The notes: generated by a model from the letters alone, not told the origin. DNA of 64,000 nucleotides from an uncultured delta proteobacterium (GCA_963787125.1 CAWBBV010000024.1:64001-128000); one strand, 5' to 3'; shown: positions 10,168 through 24,033, counted from the first letter of the stretch. Program-made: numbers and translations.

Positions 10168-11220
10168 TTACACCTTGAACAGCAGCAGTTCGGCTGAAAA
10201 TCCCGGACCGAACGCCGATAGCAGGCCGTGCCCTGCAGTTGCCATCCCCCCGGCAGCAAGCCACTGCTCCAGTACTACCAGTACCGAGACTGACGACATG
10301 TTGCCATGGTTGCGCAGCAGATCTTCGGTTTGGCGCAGATCATCCCCGGAAAGCTGCAACGCCGCTCGATAGGCGTCCACGACCCGGGCGCCGCCGGGAT
10401 GGGTGACGAAGTGAACAAGGTCGTTGCGCGTCATTTCATGTTCGGCAAGAAAAGCCTTTACCAGCGGCGGTAACTCCTGCCTGATAACCAGCGGCAGCCT
10501 TGGTGACAGGACCAGCTGCATCCCTTCATTTTGAAAATCCCACCCCATAATATGGTAACTGTCCGGGAAGAGATGCGAACGGGTAGCAACTATAGCCGGA
10601 CCGTCACAGTCTGACAGATCCCCGCCGATCAGCGCTGCCGCTGCACCGTCGGCGAAGATGGAGGTGGCTACCAGGTTCTTTTTACTTACATCCCCGGCCA
10701 TAAAGGTCAGGCTGCAGCATTCCAGCGCGACCAGCAGCACCCTGTGGCCAGGGTAGGCCAGACAGTGTTCATGAGCACGGGAAAGACCGACAGCTCCGCC
10801 TGCACAACCAAGTCCCCAGAGCGGCAACCGTGAAGTGGCTGGCTTCATCCCCAGGCGGTTAATGAGATGAGCGTCCAGAGTCGGGGTCGCATGACCGGTG
10901 GAAGAGACAAAAATCACTTGGTCGACCTGATCCGGACGGCAACCGGCCCTGTCAAGACAGACTGCTGCGGCGTCTTCGAGGAGTGCAAGACCCTGTTGCT
11001 GGTAGACACGGGTGCGCTCAAGCTGAGTGCGCGGCTCCAGATACCATTCCAGCGGCATCATGAACTGGCGGTTATCGATGCGTGCATTATCAAAGACAGT
11101 CAGCAGTCGCTCCAGTTCGGTCACGCTGTCGGCAAAAACCCGCCGGACGATCTCCTTGACTGCCTGTTGGGAAACGCCATGAGGCGGGAAGGCATGGGCA
11201 GCGGCGATAATCCGGGGCAT
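10168..11220 (-). CDS. Type III polyketide synthase (chalcone synthase-like, BpsA/SrsA type)
   Basis: Catalytic triad GLGCAGG, THPGG, HGNMSS; FADGAAA and FGPGF motifs; AGGAG RBS before ATG 11220. Confidence 0.93.
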   Translation of the reverse strand: MPRIIAAAHAFPPHGVSQQAVKEIVRRVFADSVTELERLLTVFDNARIDNRQFMMPLEWYLEPRTQLERTRVYQQQGLALLEDAAAVCLDRAGCRPDQVDQVIFVSSTGHATPTLDAHLINRLGMKPATSRLPLWGLGCAGGAVGLSRAHEHCLAYPGHRVLLVALECCSLTFMAGDVSKKNLVATSIFADGAAAALIGGDLSDCDGPAIVATRSHLFPDSYHIMGWDFQNEGMQLVLSPRLPLVIRQELPPLVKAFLAEHEMTRNDLVHFVTHPGGARVVDAYRAALQLSGDDLRQTEDLLRNHGNMSSVSVLVVLEQWLAAGGMATAGHGLLSAFGPGFSAELLLFKV

Positions 11221-11414
11221 AAAAGCTCCTTGGAAGACAAACTGAGGATATTGCATAGGGATAAACGCTTCGAGAAACCATACCACCCGGAAGTGGCAGC
11301 GTCAAAGCAATAGCCGTAACAAGAGCTTTGCATCAACTTGATCTGCACTGAAGCGACGCTTTAATCCAGCATGATTTGTGAGCTGACAGCAAACATTTTT
11401 ATCAGGAATGCTTA

Positions 11415-11452
11415 TTGACAACGGGTATTATTGCATGTAAGATTGCATGTAA
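11415..11452 (+). promoter_or_regulatory. Sigma70 promoter with tandem direct-repeat operator
   Basis: TTGACA(11415)-17 nt-TAAGAT(11438); ATTGCATGTAA twice (11430-11440, 11442-11452) over the -10. Confidence 0.65.
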
Positions 11453-11466
11453 AAAAAGGGGGACAC

Positions 11467-12237
11467 GTGAGCGAAGTCATATTAGAATATCCGGCTGATG
11501 GGGTAGCTTTGGTCAGACTGAATCGCCCCGAAGCGAAAAATGCCCTGAATCTCCCCCTGCGGCAGCTGTTGGCCGAATATTTCCGGGCTTTAAGCGTGGA
11601 TCAGGCGGTGCGCTGTATCGTCTTGACCGGTGGCAGTGAATGCTTTGCTGCCGGAGCTGATATTAAGGATATGGTCGATAAAGGCGCCATCGAGATGATG
11701 TTGCGCAATATCCACCTTCTCTGGCAGGCGATTGCGGTCTGTCCCAAGCCGGTTATTGCGGCGGTTAACGGCTATGCCTGGGGGGGCGGTTGCGAGCTGG
11801 CCATGCATGCAGATATCATTATCGCCGGCGAGAACGCTTCTTTCTGTCAACCGGAGATCAAGGTCGGCATTATGCCCGGGGCCGGGGGGACACAGCGTCT
11901 TACCAGAGCGGTCGGCAAGTTTCAGGCCATGAAGATGATTCTCACCGGCAGGCCGGTTTCAGGAAAAGAAGCCTTTACCATGGGGCTTTGCAGTGAAGTG
12001 CTGCCCGACGCCGAAGTTCAGGCCGCCGCTCTGAAAATGGCTTCTCAAATCGCTGCCATGCCGCCGCTGGCCGTTGCCCAGATCAAGGAGGTTGTTCTGG
12101 CCGGTCAGGATATGTCTCTGGATGCGGCCATCATGCTGGAACGCAAGGCATTTCAGCTTCTGTTCGCGACCGGTGATCAGAAGGAGGGGATGAATGCCTT
12201 CATCGAAAAGCGCAAGCCGGTCTATAAAGGGAGGTAG
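11467..12237 (+). CDS. Enoyl-CoA hydratase
   Basis: LNRPEAKNAL, FAAGADI, GGGCELA, PEIKVGIMPGAGGTQRL. Confidence 0.93.
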   Translation: MSEVILEYPADGVALVRLNRPEAKNALNLPLRQLLAEYFRALSVDQAVRCIVLTGGSECFAAGADIKDMVDKGAIEMMLRNIHLLWQAIAVCPKPVIAAVNGYAWGGGCELAMHADIIIAGENASFCQPEIKVGIMPGAGGTQRLTRAVGKFQAMKMILTGRPVSGKEAFTMGLCSEVLPDAEVQAAALKMASQIAAMPPLAVAQIKEVVLAGQDMSLDAAIMLERKAFQLLFATGDQKEGMNAFIEKRKPVYKGR

Positions 12238-12240
12238 TTG

Positions 12241-13767
12241 ATGAGCCTTGATGTAAATAAAAGTGAGCTGGTGCTGGGGGTTGTCGGCGCCGGGGTGATG
12301 GGGCGGGGCATTGCCCAGATTGCGGCCCAGGCCGGGATAGCGGTGCTTATCCACGATGCCAGGCCCGGGGCAGCCGCTGATGCGGTTGATTCCATCCGGA
12401 GCGCTTTGACCAGACTGGCGGAGAAAGGGAAGATAACAACCGCGGTTGCCGAGGCTGCGGTTGCCCGGATTGCCATAATAGAAACCCTGGCCGGCTTTGC
12501 TCCGGCGGACGTGGTTGTTGAAGCGATTGTTGAGAATATTCAGGCCAAGCATCTATTACTACAGGAGTTGGAAGATGTTGTCAGTCAGGCTGCCATACTG
12601 GCAACCAATACTTCCTCGCTGTCGGTGACCGAGATTGCTGCCGGCTGCAAGCTTCCGGGTCGCGTTGGCGGGTTTCACTTTTTCAATCCAGTGCCGCTAA
12701 TGAAAATCATCGAAGTCATCGACGGAGTGTTGACGGAAAAATGGGTGGGCGAAGCGCTTGTGGCCCTAACGGCGCGGCTGGGACACGCTCCGGTAAGGGC
12801 GAAAGATACTCCCGGCTTTATCGTCAATCATGCCGGTCGCGGCTATGTCACCGAGGCGCTGCGCATCCTCGGTGAAGGGGTGGCTGAGCATCAGGTGGTT
12901 GACGCAATTCTCCGCCAGGGCGCCGGTTTTCGCATGGGGCCCTTTGAGCTGCTGGATCTGACCGCGCTTGATGTATCCCATCCGGCCATGGAAGCGATCT
13001 ATAACCAGTATTATCAGGAGCCGCGCCTGCGACCGTCACCCATTGCCAGACAGCGTCTCATGGCAGGTCTTTTGGGACGCAAGGTCGGCAGAGGTTTCTA
13101 CAGTTACACCGCTGCCGGTGTTGAATCTGTTCCCGGAATAGAGATCCCGGCGGTACAGCCTTCTTCCGTATGGGTAAGTCGGGCCCGTCCGGAGGCTTAT
13201 GCCCTGATTACTGCGCTCCTGCATAAACTTGGCGCCACCGTTGATAGCGGCGCAGTCCCCTCTCTGGATTCGATCTGTCTGGTCATGCCGCTCGGAAGCG
13301 ATGCCACAACCGCCTGTCTGGCGGAGAACCTCGATCCGACCCGGACTGTGGCTATTGATACGCTCTTCGGCATGGAGTGTCACCGCACCCTGATGACAAC
13401 TCCGTTGACTGCTCACGGCGTTTCCTGTGCCGCCCATGGCCTGTTCGCCGGTGACGGGGTGCCGGTATCGGTGATTCATGACAGCGCCGGCTTTGTTGCC
13501 CAGCGGGTGCTGGCTATGGTTGTCAATATCTCTTGCGATATTGTTCAGCAGCGGATTACTTCACCTGAAGATCTGGATAGAGCAGTAACTCTCGGCCTTG
13601 GTTATCCCCAAGGGCCGCTTGCCTGGGGTGATGCCATCGGCGCCGTCAAGCTGCTGACCATTCTCCAGGAGATGAGCACGTTTTATGGTGATCCACGCTA
13701 CCGCCCCAGTCCCTGGCTCACCCGTCGGGCAAGACTTGGTGTATCGTTGCTGACGCCGGAAAATTAA
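12241..13767 (+). CDS. 3-hydroxyacyl-CoA dehydrogenase (PaaH/DcaH-like, long form)
   Basis: GAGVMGRGIA Rossmann motif, ATNTSSLS, HFFNPVP, duplicated C-terminal domain. Confidence 0.92.
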   Translation: MSLDVNKSELVLGVVGAGVMGRGIAQIAAQAGIAVLIHDARPGAAADAVDSIRSALTRLAEKGKITTAVAEAAVARIAIIETLAGFAPADVVVEAIVENIQAKHLLLQELEDVVSQAAILATNTSSLSVTEIAAGCKLPGRVGGFHFFNPVPLMKIIEVIDGVLTEKWVGEALVALTARLGHAPVRAKDTPGFIVNHAGRGYVTEALRILGEGVAEHQVVDAILRQGAGFRMGPFELLDLTALDVSHPAMEAIYNQYYQEPRLRPSPIARQRLMAGLLGRKVGRGFYSYTAAGVESVPGIEIPAVQPSSVWVSRARPEAYALITALLHKLGATVDSGAVPSLDSICLVMPLGSDATTACLAENLDPTRTVAIDTLFGMECHRTLMTTPLTAHGVSCAAHGLFAGDGVPVSVIHDSAGFVAQRVLAMVVNISCDIVQQRITSPEDLDRAVTLGLGYPQGPLAWGDAIGAVKLLTILQEMSTFYGDPRYRPSPWLTRRARLGVSLLTPEN

Positions 13768-13785
13768 CAGTTAAAGGAGTTTTTT

Positions 13786-14997
13786 ATGATGGATGCCTAT
13801 ATTTATGACGGACTGCGTACCCCTTTTGGTCGCCATGCAGGCAGCCTCGCTCCTGTAAGACCGGATACTCTTGTGGCAGGGGTCATTACGGCTCTGATGG
13901 AAAAGCATGCTTTTCTGGCCGGGTCAGTGGAGGATGTGATTATCGGCTGCACCAACCAGGCCGGTGAGGATAGCCGCAATCTGGCCAGGCATGCGGTCCT
14001 CCTTTCCGGCTTGCCGGTGTCAGTGCCGGGACAGACTGTTAATCGCCTCTGTTCCAGCGGCCTTGCCGCAGTTATTGATGCGGCGCGGGCGATTACCTGC
14101 AATGAAGGTGAGCTTTATCTGGCCGGTGGCGTGGAGAGCATGAGCCGGGCCCCGTTTGTCATGGCCAAGTCAGAGTCTGCCTACAGTCGTGATTTCTGTA
14201 TGTTCGATTCAACCATCGGGGCCCGTTTTCCCCATCCGGCTATCATCAAGCAGTTTGGCGGCGACACCATGCCGGAGACCGCCGATAATGTAGCCCGGGA
14301 TTTCGGCATCAGCCGGGAGGATTCAGATATCTTTGCCGCCGGCTCCCAGGCCAAGTATGCCAGGGCTTTGCAGGACGGATTTTTTGGCGGTGAAATAGTT
14401 CCGGTAAGCGTTCCGCAAGGGGGGAAAAAACCGCCTTTGATCGTCACCGGCGATGAGCATCCCCGCGCTGAATCCGATTTTGTTTCACTTGCCAAACTTA
14501 AACCTTTAATTGAAGGAGGCGTTGTAACCGCCGGAAATGCATCGGGAGTCAATGATGGTGCCGGTATGCTGCTGGTAGGGAGTCGCGCCTTTAGTGAGAA
14601 AAAAGGTCTCAGGCCGCTGGCCAGAGTACTATCATCAGCTGCTGCCGGTATTGAGCCGCGGATTATGGGGGTTGGCCCGGTAGAGGCGGTAAAGAAGGCG
14701 CTGGACCGGGCAGGGCTGACACTTGCCGATATGGACATAATCGAAGTAAATGAGGCTTTTGCCTGCCAGGTTCTTGGCTGTCTTAAACTGCTGGGGATTC
14801 CGTTTACCGATAGCCGGGTTAATCCCAACGGCGGCGCCATCGCTGTCGGTCATCCTCTCGGAGCATCCGGCGCCAGACTCGCCCTGACAGTTGCCCGCCA
14901 GCTGCATCGGACTAATTGCCGCTATGCGGTTATCAGTCTCTGTATCGGTATGGGACAGGGTTTGGCGGTTGTTCTGGAAAACAGTGCAATGAGATAA
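13786..14997 (+). CDS. Acyl-CoA thiolase (3-oxoadipyl-CoA thiolase PcaF/DcaF-like)
   Basis: NRLCSSG, NEAFA, GHPLGASG, CIGMGQG; NQAGEDSRN typical of the PcaF/PaaJ group. Confidence 0.9.
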   Translation: MMDAYIYDGLRTPFGRHAGSLAPVRPDTLVAGVITALMEKHAFLAGSVEDVIIGCTNQAGEDSRNLARHAVLLSGLPVSVPGQTVNRLCSSGLAAVIDAARAITCNEGELYLAGGVESMSRAPFVMAKSESAYSRDFCMFDSTIGARFPHPAIIKQFGGDTMPETADNVARDFGISREDSDIFAAGSQAKYARALQDGFFGGEIVPVSVPQGGKKPPLIVTGDEHPRAESDFVSLAKLKPLIEGGVVTAGNASGVNDGAGMLLVGSRAFSEKKGLRPLARVLSSAAAGIEPRIMGVGPVEAVKKALDRAGLTLADMDIIEVNEAFACQVLGCLKLLGIPFTDSRVNPNGGAIAVGHPLGASGARLALTVARQLHRTNCRYAVISLCIGMGQGLAVVLENSAMR

Positions 14998-15016
14998 AGT
15001 TTACGGGAGAAGTGAA

Positions 15017-16168
15017 ATGATCAAAGATGAAGCCACACTGAATGTAATTCTTGAAACGGTCTCCAAGTTTGTCAAAGAGCGTCTCATCCCCATTGAAGAG
15101 CAGTGCGCTGAAAATGATGCGATCCCTGACGAAATTATCGATGAAATGAGAGAGTTGGGTCTGTTCGGGTTGTCAATTCCGGAAGAGTACGACGGCCTTG
15201 GTCTTACTCTTGAAGAGGAGATAAGGGTGGTCTTTGAACTCTGCAAAGCGGCACCTATATTCCGCTCGGTCATCGGCACCAATGTCGGTATCGGTGCTCT
15301 GGGGATAGTTTTTGACGGCACTGAAGAGCAGAAAAAGTATTATCTTCCCCGTTTGGCAAGTGGCGAGCTGATTGCTTCGTTTGCTCTCACCGAGCCTGAT
15401 GCCGGGTCTGATGCGGCGTCACTGAGAACCTCAGCGGTCAGAGACGGCGATTTTTACGTGCTTAACGGTACCAAAAGATTTATCACCAATGCACCTGAAG
15501 CCGGAGTATTTACCGTCTTTGCCAGAACCAATCCCGAGATCAAAGGGGCCGGCGGGGTGTCGGCTTTTCTGGTCGAGAAAGGGACTCCCGGACTCTCTTT
15601 CGGGAAAAATGAAAAGAAGATGGGGCAGTGGGGTGGCCATGTCTGTGATGTGATTTTTGAAGATTGCCGTGTGCCGGCCAGTGCCATTATTGGTGGCAAG
15701 GAAGGGGTCGGTTTCAAGACTGCCATGAAAGTACTGGAAAAATCACGGACCCATATAGCTGCAGTCTGCGTCGGCTCTGCCGAGCGGATTCTGGAAGAGG
15801 CACTCCGTTATGCCGTTGACCGCAAGCAGTTCAATAAACCGATTGCGGATTTCCAGCTGATACAGGGGATGCTGGCCGACAGCAAGGCGGAGATATTCGC
15901 GGCCCGAAGCATGGTGCTGGAGACAACCCGCAGATATGATCTGAAGAAAAGTATCAGCACCGAATCATCCTGCAGCAAGCTCTTCGCTGCGGAAATGGTT
16001 TGCAAGGTTGCTGATCGAGCCGTGCAGATTCTTGGCGGGTCCGGTTACATCCGTGAGTATGCTGTGGAGCGCTTTTATCGCGATGTCCGTCTTTTCCGTC
16101 TTTATGAGGGCACCAGCCAGATTCAGCAGCTGATAATCGCCAAGAACATGATCAAAGAAGTTAGTTGA
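15017..16168 (+). CDS. Acyl-CoA dehydrogenase (DcaA-like)
   Basis: FALTEPDAGSD, NGTKRFITN, LYEGTSQIQ. Confidence 0.93.
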   Translation: MIKDEATLNVILETVSKFVKERLIPIEEQCAENDAIPDEIIDEMRELGLFGLSIPEEYDGLGLTLEEEIRVVFELCKAAPIFRSVIGTNVGIGALGIVFDGTEEQKKYYLPRLASGELIASFALTEPDAGSDAASLRTSAVRDGDFYVLNGTKRFITNAPEAGVFTVFARTNPEIKGAGGVSAFLVEKGTPGLSFGKNEKKMGQWGGHVCDVIFEDCRVPASAIIGGKEGVGFKTAMKVLEKSRTHIAAVCVGSAERILEEALRYAVDRKQFNKPIADFQLIQGMLADSKAEIFAARSMVLETTRRYDLKKSISTESSCSKLFAAEMVCKVADRAVQILGGSGYIREYAVERFYRDVRLFRLYEGTSQIQQLIIAKNMIKEVS

Positions 16169-16213
16169 TTATTTTATCCTGTTGCCAGGGGAGGGTGATG
16201 CTGCGAAGTAAAT

Positions 16214-16260
16214 ACGCCGCTATTCCAATTTTGTTTATTGGGAGAGCGGCGTTTTCTTTT
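16214..16260 (+). terminator. Intrinsic terminator after the beta-oxidation operon
   Basis: ACGCCGCT...AGCGGCGT stem followed by TTTCTTTT. Confidence 0.65.
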
Positions 16261-16578
16261 AGTTAAGTAAAAAGCTATTTGTATGCGCTGTTCTGGCAGA
16301 AAATAACTTCGTTAACTCACTTATCCTGTTTGTCAGGGTTTGGCTAACGTACCTTGCCGGTAATACGAGTGTTAATGAAGGTGACTTATTTTCAATTGGT
16401 GCTGAACGATGCAAAATAACTCGAATTTGATTGAAAAATCCGGTCGCCTGATGTATAGAATTAGCGCTTTAATAGAAATTATTTCCGGACAAATCAAGAG
16501 GCTTTGGGGATATCCCCCCGCAAAGCCTCTTGTCGCTTGTAATATTGGATAGTTATATATTTTAAGGAGGTCTTGTAA

Positions 16579-18360
16579 ATGATAGAGTTTCTTGGAGATT
16601 GGAAAAGAAGTCACTACTGCGGTGAGTTGCGGGCGACAGACATCGGTTCCAGCGTGACCCTGATGGGGTGGTCTCATCGGCGCCGTGATCATGGCGGACT
16701 GATTTTTATTGATTTGCGCGACCGGGAAGGTCTTACCCAGATTGTCTTCGATCCTGCAGTCAATCAGGCGACTCATGGTAAAGCTGAGTCAATCAGGAGT
16801 GAGTTCGTTGTTGCTATAAAGGGTAAGGTTATCCCCCGGCCTGAAGGGACCGTTAATCCGAATCTGAAAACAGGCGAGGTTGAAATCCTTGTTGAAGAGT
16901 GCAAGATCCTCAATCCGTCAAAGGCTCTTCCCTTTACTCTCGACGAACATGTCGATGTTGCCGAAAATCTTCGTCTCAAATATCGCTATCTTGATCTGCG
17001 CAGAAACCAGCTTCAGGATAACATTATCCTCCGCTCCAAGGTTGCCCAGACAACCCGCCGATACTTAAGTGACAACGGTTTTCTGGAGATTGAGACCCCT
17101 TTCCTGACAAAATCGACCCCTGAAGGCGCCCGTGACTTCCTGGTCCCTTCCAGGATTAATCATGGTCAGTTCTATGCGCTGCCCCAGTCGCCGCAGATTT
17201 TCAAGCAGATTCTGATGATCTCCGGTTATGACCGCTACTTCCAGGTAGTGCGCTGTTTCCGTGACGAGGATCTCAGGGCGGATCGCCAGCCTGAGTTTAC
17301 CCAGATTGATTGTGAAATGTCTTTTATAGACCGTGATGACATCATCAAGGTTATGGAAGGTCTTATCGCGACGGTTTTCAAGGAGGCCAAGGGGGTTGAT
17401 ATTCAGCTCCCTATCCCGAGAATTACTTACCATGAGGCGATCAGTCGCTTCGGTGTTGATAATCCAGACCTTCGTTTCGGGCTGGAACTGACTGAACTGA
17501 CTGAAATCGTCAAAGGTGCCGGCTTCAAGGTTTTTGCCGATGTAGCTGCTTCGGGTGGCATAATTAAAGGTCTGAACGCCAAAGGGTGTGCCGGATTCTC
17601 CCGCAAGGAGATTGATGACCTGACCGAGTTTGTCAAGATTTACGGCGCCAAAGGTCTGGCCTATGTGAAAATCGAAAATGGCGAGTGGCATTCGCCCATT
17701 GCCAAGTTCTTTACTCCTGAGGAGATTGTTGCCATGAATGCCGCTTTCGGCGCCGAGGAAGGCGACCTGCTGCTCTTCGTGGCTGACAAGCCGAAGGTTG
17801 TTAATGATGCACTCGGCAAACTCCGTAACAAGATTGCCGCTTCACTCGGACTCCTGGATAAGGAGAACTTCGTTTTTGTCTGGATAACAGACTTCCCGCT
17901 GCTTGAGTGGGACGAAGACGCCAAGCGCTGGTGTGCAGTGCATCATCCCTTCACTGCTCCCATGGATGAGGATGTTGATTATGTTGAGAGCGATCCGGGG
18001 CGTTGTCGTGCCAAGGCTTACGATCTGGTTCTGAACGGCAATGAAATAGGGGGCGGCTCTATCAGGATTCATCAGGAAGTTATTCAGTCGCTGATGTTCA
18101 AGATGCTCGGTCATTCAGAAGAAGACAAGCGCGCCAAGTTCGGCTTTCTGCTGGATGCGCTCGAATATGGAACTCCACCCCACGGCGGTATTGCCTTCGG
18201 ACTTGACAGGCTGGTAATGCTGCTGACCGGCAGTGATTCTATCCGTGACGTTATAGCTTTTCCAAAGACCCAGAGGGGCACTTGTCTCATGTCTGAAGCG
18301 CCATCGCCGGTTGACGACAAGCAACTCAGGGAGTTGGGAGTCAAGACTCTCGGTAAATAG
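16579..18360 (+). CDS. aspS: Aspartate-tRNA ligase
   Basis: [54 protein letters not shown]. Confidence 0.98.
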   Translation: MIEFLGDWKRSHYCGELRATDIGSSVTLMGWSHRRRDHGGLIFIDLRDREGLTQIVFDPAVNQATHGKAESIRSEFVVAIKGKVIPRPEGTVNPNLKTGEVEILVEECKILNPSKALPFTLDEHVDVAENLRLKYRYLDLRRNQLQDNIILRSKVAQTTRRYLSDNGFLEIETPFLTKSTPEGARDFLVPSRINHGQFYALPQSPQIFKQILMISGYDRYFQVVRCFRDEDLRADRQPEFTQIDCEMSFIDRDDIIKVMEGLIATVFKEAKGVDIQLPIPRITYHEAISRFGVDNPDLRFGLELTELTEIVKGAGFKVFADVAASGGIIKGLNAKGCAGFSRKEIDDLTEFVKIYGAKGLAYVKIENGEWHSPIAKFFTPEEIVAMNAAFGAEEGDLLLFVADKPKVVNDALGKLRNKIAASLGLLDKENFVFVWITDFPLLEWDEDAKRWCAVHHPFTAPMDEDVDYVESDPGRCRAKAYDLVLNGNEIGGGSIRIHQEVIQSLMFKMLGHSEEDKRAKFGFLLDALEYGTPPHGGIAFGLDRLVMLLTGSDSIRDVIAFPKTQRGTCLMSEAPSPVDDKQLRELGVKTLGK

Positions 18361-18368
18361 GTAACTTA

Positions 18369-19094
18369 TTGAAGCAATTCCAGGCATTATATTTGAGCTG
18401 CTTGCTCCTGATAGCTGTTACTGCCTGTGCAGCACCGGTCTCCAGGTATCAGGTTGACGCAGCAATGGCGGTTGAAAGGGTAAGAGTTTCCGGAATGGAA
18501 ACTCTTTTCCCTTTTGAGGCAAGAGATTTATTCAATGCCGTCAACCTTGGCGACCTTGAACATGCAAAAGGTGAGATTCCGCAAGCTGATGCCTATTATA
18601 ACCTGGCTCTGGGCAAAGCTGAAATGCTTGCAGCTCTCTACGCTAATGAGCTGAAAAAAAGAGAAGAGGCTGTCCGTCTGGATATTGAGGCAAAGCGCCA
18701 GGCAGAAGCTGCATTGGAACTGCGGAAGATTGAGGAACGGCACAAAGCCGCCGAACTTGCCAAAGAAACAGCTGCCAGGGCCAGGCAGCTTGAAGCGGAA
18801 AAAGCAGAAAAAGCTGAAAACCGTCACAGAGCTGAAAGGAGCAGGCAGGAGAAAGAGTTGCCGCTTGTTGCAAAATATACTGTCAAGCGAGGCGAGACTC
18901 TTCCGCAGATCGCAGCCATGCAGGATGTTTACGGAGATTCTTCTCTTTGGCCTCTTATTTACAAGGCAAATCGCGATCAGATCGGTAATCCGGCTGTCCT
19001 CTGGCCAGGTCAAGTTCTTCGTATCCCCCGCAACTCGGACAAAAATGATATGAGTGAAGCAAGGCGTTTTGCTGCGGAGCGTTCGCTGCGGTAA
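18369..19094 (+). CDS. LysM-domain lipoprotein with coiled coil
   Basis: Lipobox VTAC; C-terminal YTVKRGETL...IYKANRDQI...GQVLRIP. Confidence 0.88.
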   Translation: MKQFQALYLSCLLLIAVTACAAPVSRYQVDAAMAVERVRVSGMETLFPFEARDLFNAVNLGDLEHAKGEIPQADAYYNLALGKAEMLAALYANELKKREEAVRLDIEAKRQAEAALELRKIEERHKAAELAKETAARARQLEAEKAEKAENRHRAERSRQEKELPLVAKYTVKRGETLPQIAAMQDVYGDSSLWPLIYKANRDQIGNPAVLWPGQVLRIPRNSDKNDMSEARRFAAERSLR

Positions 19095-19113
19095 GATTAC
19101 TTATAATTCATGA

Positions 19114-21513
<2,400 letters not shown>

Positions 21514-21566
21514 TATAAGTCGTATCAAGTGCAGTAAATCTTAACCAAAAACAAGGAGGAAGGTAA

Positions 21567-22535
<969 letters not shown>

Positions 22536-22563
22536 TCCGTTGGCAACTTGATGTTTGCGCGAG

Positions 22564-22594
22564 AGAAGAAGGGCAGTTGCCCTTCTTCTTTTTT
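22564..22594 (+). terminator. Intrinsic terminator after mdh
   Basis: AGAAGAAGGGCA-GT-TGCCCTTCTTCT then T run. Confidence 0.75.
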
Positions 22595-22680
22595 CTACTA
22601 GTTGATTTATACTATTAACTGTGCTAAGTTCACACGTTTTTTGCCTGTGGGCGCACTTTTTTTACAAGGGGTGAAAGTAG

Positions 22681-22875
22681 ATGGAAAACAAACTTCCGAC
22701 TATCGAAATTATCGAGAAGTACTGCAAGGGATGCCACATCTGTGTGGAGTTTTGTCCCAAGCAGGTGCTTGAAATGAAAGGATTCGTTGTCTCTGTTAAG
22801 AACCTCGAAGCCTGTATCAAGTGCATGCAGTGCGAGCTCCGTTGTCCGGACTTCGCTATCAAAGTTACGGCTTAA
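22681..22875 (+). CDS. korD: 2-oxoglutarate:ferredoxin oxidoreductase, 2[4Fe-4S] delta subunit
   Basis: Two CxxCxxCxxxCP motifs; precedes korABC. Confidence 0.92.
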   Translation: MENKLPTIEIIEKYCKGCHICVEFCPKQVLEMKGFVVSVKNLEACIKCMQCELRCPDFAIKVTA

Positions 22876-22898
22876 CATTCTAACAGGAGGTATTTACC

Positions 22899-24032
22899 GT
22901 GGCAAAGAAAGTAGCATTTCTTCAGGGTAACGAGGCAGCAGCTCAAGGCGCACTCTACGCCGGCTGCAAGTTTTTCGCCGGATACCCGATTACACCCTCT
23001 ACCGAGGTAGCTGAAGTAATGTCAGTCGAGCTTCCCAAGATCGGCGGCAAGTTCATTCAGATGGAAGACGAGATCGGCGCAATGGCAGCTCTTCTGGGCG
23101 GCGCACTGACCGGTGCCAAGGCACTGACATCGACCTCCGGACCGGGTCTCTCCCTTAAACAGGAGCTGATCGGTTACGGCTGTATCGCCGAGATCCCCTG
23201 CGTTATTTACAACGTAATGCGTGGCGGACCTTCTACCGGCATGCCGACCGGTCCTTCACAGTCCGACATCATGTGCGCCAAATGGGGTACACACGGTGAC
23301 CACCCGGCAATCTGTCTGGTTCCTGCTTCAGTTCAGGAGCTTTTTGAAGAGACAGTCCGTGGATTTAATCTCGCCGAGAAATACCGTACACCAGTTATGA
23401 TCATGCCTGACGAAATCATTGCTCATATGCGTGAGCGGATTGTATTCCCTGAACCGGGCGAACTGGAAGTAATCAATCGTACCGAACCTTCTGTTTCACC
23501 AGATAAGTACAAGCCTTATGATACATCCTTCGGTGATGTTCCTCCTCTTGCTGCTTTTGGTTCAGGTTACAAGTTTCACGTCACCGGTCTGAACAAGATG
23601 CAGGACGGCTTTCCAACAACCAAGGCTGAAATTGTTCAGGCTGAAGAAGAGCGTCAGGTTCGTAAGGTTGAGGGTAACAGAGCAGATATCATGAAGTGGG
23701 AAGAGTATCAGTGTGACGATGCCGAAATCATCATTGTCGCTTTCGGTTCTACCTCCCGTTCAGCCCGTTATGCTGTCGATCAGGCTCGCAAAGAGGGGAT
23801 CAAGGCAGGCCTGTTCCGTCTCATCACCTTCTGGCCATTTCCGGAAGAGCGTCTGCTCGAACTTTCCAAGAAAGTAAAAGCATTCATTACTCCGGAGATG
23901 AATCTCGGTATGAGCCATGGCGTAGTCAAGGCTGCGATCGAAGGGAACGCGCCTGTTCTCGGCATTTTCAGAGTAGACGGAGAACCGATCAATCCTGATC
24001 AGATCCTCGATAAGATGAAGGAGGTCAAGTAA
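22899..24032 (+). CDS. korA: 2-oxoglutarate:ferredoxin oxidoreductase alpha subunit
   Basis: GYPITPSTE, QMEDEI, TSGPG, RGGPSTGMPT. Confidence 0.95.
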   Translation: MAKKVAFLQGNEAAAQGALYAGCKFFAGYPITPSTEVAEVMSVELPKIGGKFIQMEDEIGAMAALLGGALTGAKALTSTSGPGLSLKQELIGYGCIAEIPCVIYNVMRGGPSTGMPTGPSQSDIMCAKWGTHGDHPAICLVPASVQELFEETVRGFNLAEKYRTPVMIMPDEIIAHMRERIVFPEPGELEVINRTEPSVSPDKYKPYDTSFGDVPPLAAFGSGYKFHVTGLNKMQDGFPTTKAEIVQAEEERQVRKVEGNRADIMKWEEYQCDDAEIIIVAFGSTSRSARYAVDQARKEGIKAGLFRLITFWPFPEERLLELSKKVKAFITPEMNLGMSHGVVKAAIEGNAPVLGIFRVDGEPINPDQILDKMKEVK

Positions 24033-24033
24033 C

